From an uncultured Aquiluna sp. (GTDB lineage Bacteria > Actinomycetota > Actinomycetes > Actinomycetales > Microbacteriaceae), in NCBI GenBank assembly GCA_913775595.1, contig CAJYLB010000001.1:62001-126000 (forward strand): a stretch of 64,000 nucleotides of DNA. The letters run 5' to 3'. This document shows, piece by piece, positions 61,043 to 64,000 of this stretch. The position numbers and the translations under genes are program-made. The first letter of the stretch is position 1. Every line of letters begins with the position of its first letter. The notes under the pieces are model-generated. The model did no database searches, was not told the origin of the DNA, and saw only the letters and a program-made list of their open reading frames with translations.

Positions 61043-61863
61043 TAGAACTTAGCGACTATCTCGGCCAGAAGCTTTGAAATCTTGGCCTCCGCAGCCTTGC
61101 CGGCTGCAATTACCTCTTCGTGGCTCAATGGCGTCTTCTGGACTCCGGCTGCGAGGTTTGTAATAAGCGACATTCCAAGAACCTCCATGCCAGATTCCCT
61201 AGCCGCTATTGCCTCCAGAGCGGTGGACATCCCAACTATGTCTCCACCCATTTTTTTGGCCATTTGGACTTCCGCCGGTGTCTCATAGTGCGGACCACGG
61301 AACTGGACGTAGACGCCCTCGTCAAGAGAGGGGTCCACCTCTTTGGCAAGCCCTCTAAGCCTCGAGGAGTAAAGGTCGGTGAGGTCCACAAAATTTGCAC
61401 CTTCCAGCGGACTGGAGGCAGTGAGGTTGATGTGATCTGAGATCAGCACGGCCGCACCTCCATCCCACTCGGGTCGGATGCCTCCCGCACCGTTTGTGAG
61501 AACCATGACCTTGGCACCGGTTTTTGCCGCCGTCCTAACCGAGTGAACCACAGCTCTCACCCCGTGATTCTCATAGAAGTGGGTGCGGGCTCCAATGACA
61601 AGCGCATGCTTACCGCTGGGCAGTCTGATCGAGCGGATGGTGCCAACGTGACCTGCAACGGCAGGCTTATGGAATCCGGCAATGTCGTTTGCTGGAATCT
61701 CTGCGACCGTTTCGCCAATTAGATCGGCGGCTTTGGACCAGCCGGAACCCAGGGTCAGCGCAATATCGTGGCTTTCGACACCGGTGCTTTCTGCAATTTG
61801 TTTTGCTGCCTTTTCGGCAAATTCAAAGGGGTCTACGCCCTCGACATTGAGTGGATGAACCAT
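61042..61863 (-). CDS. punA: Purine-nucleoside phosphorylase
   Basis: LGSGW, GH.G, RTHFYE, TNGAGG, DHIN, GPHYETPAE, VGMST..E, TNLAAG, HEEV. Start ATG 61863. Confidence 0.95.
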   Translation of the reverse strand: MVHPLNVEGVDPFEFAEKAAKQIAESTGVESHDIALTLGSGWSKAADLIGETVAEIPANDIAGFHKPAVAGHVGTIRSIRLPSGKHALVIGARTHFYENHGVRAVVHSVRTAAKTGAKVMVLTNGAGGIRPEWDGGAAVLISDHINLTASSPLEGANFVDLTDLYSSRLRGLAKEVDPSLDEGVYVQFRGPHYETPAEVQMAKKMGGDIVGMSTALEAIAARESGMEVLGMSLITNLAAGVQKTPLSHEEVIAAGKAAEAKISKLLAEIVAKF

Positions 61864-61917
61864 AAATTTCAAGTCTAGTTGTCCAGGCGGCTGCCAGATT
61901 TGCGGGACAATGTACCG

Positions 61918-63339
61918 GTGTTAACCAAACTTGGCTCAAAGCATCGCGTTGTAATCATTGGCGGAGGCCCAGGTGGGCACGAGGCGGCTAGGACTGCCGC
62001 TCAGCTTGACGCAGAGGTGATTCTCATTGAGGAGCGAGGCATTGGCGGTAATGCGGTCCTGACGGACGTGGTCCCCTCCAAAACCCTGATCGCGACAGCT
62101 GAGGCAGCACAGCGAGTAGCCGTTGCCCAAAACCTTGGAATCGAGTTTTCGGTGGACGGTACGCGGGTGAGTCCCCACGTCGAAGTTGACCTCAAGACTT
62201 TGAACCGCCGCCTACTTGAACTTGCCAAGGATCAAAGCCAGGACATGCGACAGGCATTGTTGGATGACGGCGTGAGAATCATTGATGGTCGTGGCTACCT
62301 TGATGGCAACCATCACGTGATAGTCGAGCCAAGCTCGGGTGGGGCAAGTGAGCGTATTGAGGCGAAAACCATAATCGTTGCAGTTGGCGCTTCTCCCAGG
62401 GAGCTGCCGGAGGCCAAAACCGATGGCGAGCGAATTCTCAACTGGAAGCAGCTCTACAACCTAGACGAACTCCCAGAGCACATGATTGTCGTCGGTTCTG
62501 GCGTCACGGGAGCTGAATTTGCCTCCGCATATCTGCAGCTTGGGTCAAGGGTCACGCTGGTCTCGTCAAGAGAAAAGGTGCTACCGGGTAATGACCAGGA
62601 TGCGGCTGAGCTAATCGAGAAAGTCTTCACCGATGGCGGCATGCAGCTGTTGCGCAACGCAAGAGCGAAGCGGGTAACCAACACTGGCAACGCGGTAGAA
62701 GTCGAGCTTTCCGATGGGACAGTCCTGACAGGATCTCACTGTCTTATGGCGGTTGGTGCCACGCCAAACACAAGGGGTTTGAATTTAGAAGAGGCTGGCA
62801 TCGTCCTAAACGAGTCAGGGCATGTTGTCGTGAACAAGGTTGCGAGGACCTCGAGGGCCAATGTCTATGCCATTGGAGACTGCTCTACTTCACTTCCTCT
62901 GGCCTCAGTGTCGGCCATGATGGGGCGAACAGCCATCTATCACACCCTCGGCGACGTGGCTTCTCCAACAAGATTGCGCAATGTGGCATCCAACGTTTTC
63001 ACCTCTCCTGAGATTGCTCAGGTTGGTTGGTCGCAGAGCGAGATAGAGGAGGGGCTGGTACGTGGTGAGATTGCAACTATCGAACTCGACACAAATCCAC
63101 GATCCAAAATGCAAGGGCTAACAGAAGGCTTTATCAAACTGTTTGCATCGGTAGGAAGTGGAACGGTGATCGGCGGAGTCGTTGTCGCCCCTAGAGCCTC
63201 AGATCTGATTTACCCAATTGCCGTTGCCATCGAGAACAGGCTTACGGTGGACCAGCTCGCGCAAACCTACACGGTTTATCCATCGCTGTCGGGGTCTATT
63301 GCCGAGGCAGCAAGTGAGCTACACCCAGCTATTGACTAG
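61918..63339 (+). CDS. lpdA: NAD(P)H-quinone dehydrogenase, LpdA-like flavoprotein disulfide reductase family
   Basis: IIGGGPGG, GGNAVLTDVVPSK, VGSGVTGAEFA, AIGD, YPSLSGSI.E; lies between punA and the acyl-CoA carboxylase gene as in mycobacteria. Confidence 0.85.
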   Translation: MLTKLGSKHRVVIIGGGPGGHEAARTAAQLDAEVILIEERGIGGNAVLTDVVPSKTLIATAEAAQRVAVAQNLGIEFSVDGTRVSPHVEVDLKTLNRRLLELAKDQSQDMRQALLDDGVRIIDGRGYLDGNHHVIVEPSSGGASERIEAKTIIVAVGASPRELPEAKTDGERILNWKQLYNLDELPEHMIVVGSGVTGAEFASAYLQLGSRVTLVSSREKVLPGNDQDAAELIEKVFTDGGMQLLRNARAKRVTNTGNAVEVELSDGTVLTGSHCLMAVGATPNTRGLNLEEAGIVLNESGHVVVNKVARTSRANVYAIGDCSTSLPLASVSAMMGRTAIYHTLGDVASPTRLRNVASNVFTSPEIAQVGWSQSEIEEGLVRGEIATIELDTNPRSKMQGLTEGFIKLFASVGSGTVIGGVVVAPRASDLIYPIAVAIENRLTVDQLAQTYTVYPSLSGSIAEAASELHPAID

Positions 63340-64000
63340 AGAATGTCGAGGATGCGGGTTCCGGCTGAAATTGTTGCTCCTGCCGCGACTCCAATATTGC
63401 TAATAGTTCCGGACTTATGAGCTACAAGAGGCTGCTCCATCTTCATAGCCTCCAGAACTACGACAAGATCTCCCTGCTCCACACTCTGGCCCTCCTCAGC
63501 GGCTAGCTTCACAACGGTCGCCTGCATTGGGGCGACCAATGAGTCACCCTTGGCACCGGTCCTCGAGGCAGTTTCCGTTCCTTTTTTGCGCTTGGGCGCG
63601 TGCCCAGCGGGTGAGCCAATCTCGCCCACGAGAAGGCGCTTTGGAACACTAACCTCGAGGCGCTTGCCAGAAACTTCGACGACTATTTCGCGCCTGGGCT
63701 CGGAGGCCAGCTCAGGCTCTGCCTGTCCTGACCATGGTTCGATTGGGTTCTCCCACTCGGTTTCGATCCACCTTGTGAAGACCTTGAAGCCATCTTCTGC
63801 GGTGAAGGCAGGGTGATCAACCATGAGCCTGTGGAAAGGCAACACGGTTGGAAGTCCGTTGACATGCATCTCTGCAAGTGCTCGGCGCGATCGCTCCAGC
63901 GCTTCCTCCCGAGAGCTGCCCGTGACTATGAGCTTTGCCATCATTGAGTCAAAGTTTCCCGAGACCCTGTCGCCCGATACCACTCCCGAGTCAACGCGAA
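63336..64000 (-). CDS. Acetyl/propionyl-CoA carboxylase alpha subunit (biotin carboxylase + BCCP); partial, 5' end outside the window
   Basis: RVDSGV...FDSMMAKLIV, APMQ.TVVK, EAMKM biotinylation motif. Confidence 0.93.
   Translation of the reverse strand, partial: RVDSGVVSGDRVSGNFDSMMAKLIVTGSSREEALERSRRALAEMHVNGLPTVLPFHRLMVDHPAFTAEDGFKVFTRWIETEWENPIEPWSGQAEPELASEPRREIVVEVSGKRLEVSVPKRLLVGEIGSPAGHAPKRKKGTETASRTGAKGDSLVAPMQATVVKLAAEEGQSVEQGDLVVVLEAMKMEQPLVAHKSGTISNIGVAAGATISAGTRILDIL

Overview
A gene-dense 64-kb segment of a bacterial core chromosome. Gene order and protein style point to a streamlined Microbacteriaceae of the Luna cluster (Aquiluna/Rhodoluna-like); this is an inference, not a database result. 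It encodes purine and one-carbon metabolism (guaB, guaB3, guaA, purN, purH, purU, glyA, folD), sucCD, sdhCDAB, pcrA, trpS, xth, coaD, an FMN-riboswitch-controlled ribD-ribE-ribBA-ribH operon, a nucleoside uptake/salvage cluster (BMP-type ABC transporter, cdd, deoA, add, punA, PGM2-like mutase), kynA-kynU, and four further ABC transporter loci (one importer permease, three export systems). Accessory-looking elements are: (i) a complete DeoR-linked mannitol PTS block (EIIC, EIIB, EIIA, mtlD, HPr, EI) whose deoR-mtlD part is bracketed by a 14-bp direct repeat and an 11-bp inverted repeat; (ii) a lipoprotein alpha-amylase divergent from a surface protein with an ALK/LTK-type glycine-rich domain; (iii) a solitary N6-adenine DNA methyltransferase-like gene; (iv) an orphan PTS EIIB. 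At least 12 genes look leaderless (TANNNT 6-7 nt before the start codon), and in four cases the upstream TAG stop codon is the first half of the -10 box. I saw no tRNA, rRNA, CRISPR, integrase or transposase. I cannot demonstrate a wholly new system from sequence alone. The best leads are the repeat-bracketed mannitol cassette with its structured leader, the glycine-rich surface protein and the orphan methyltransferase.
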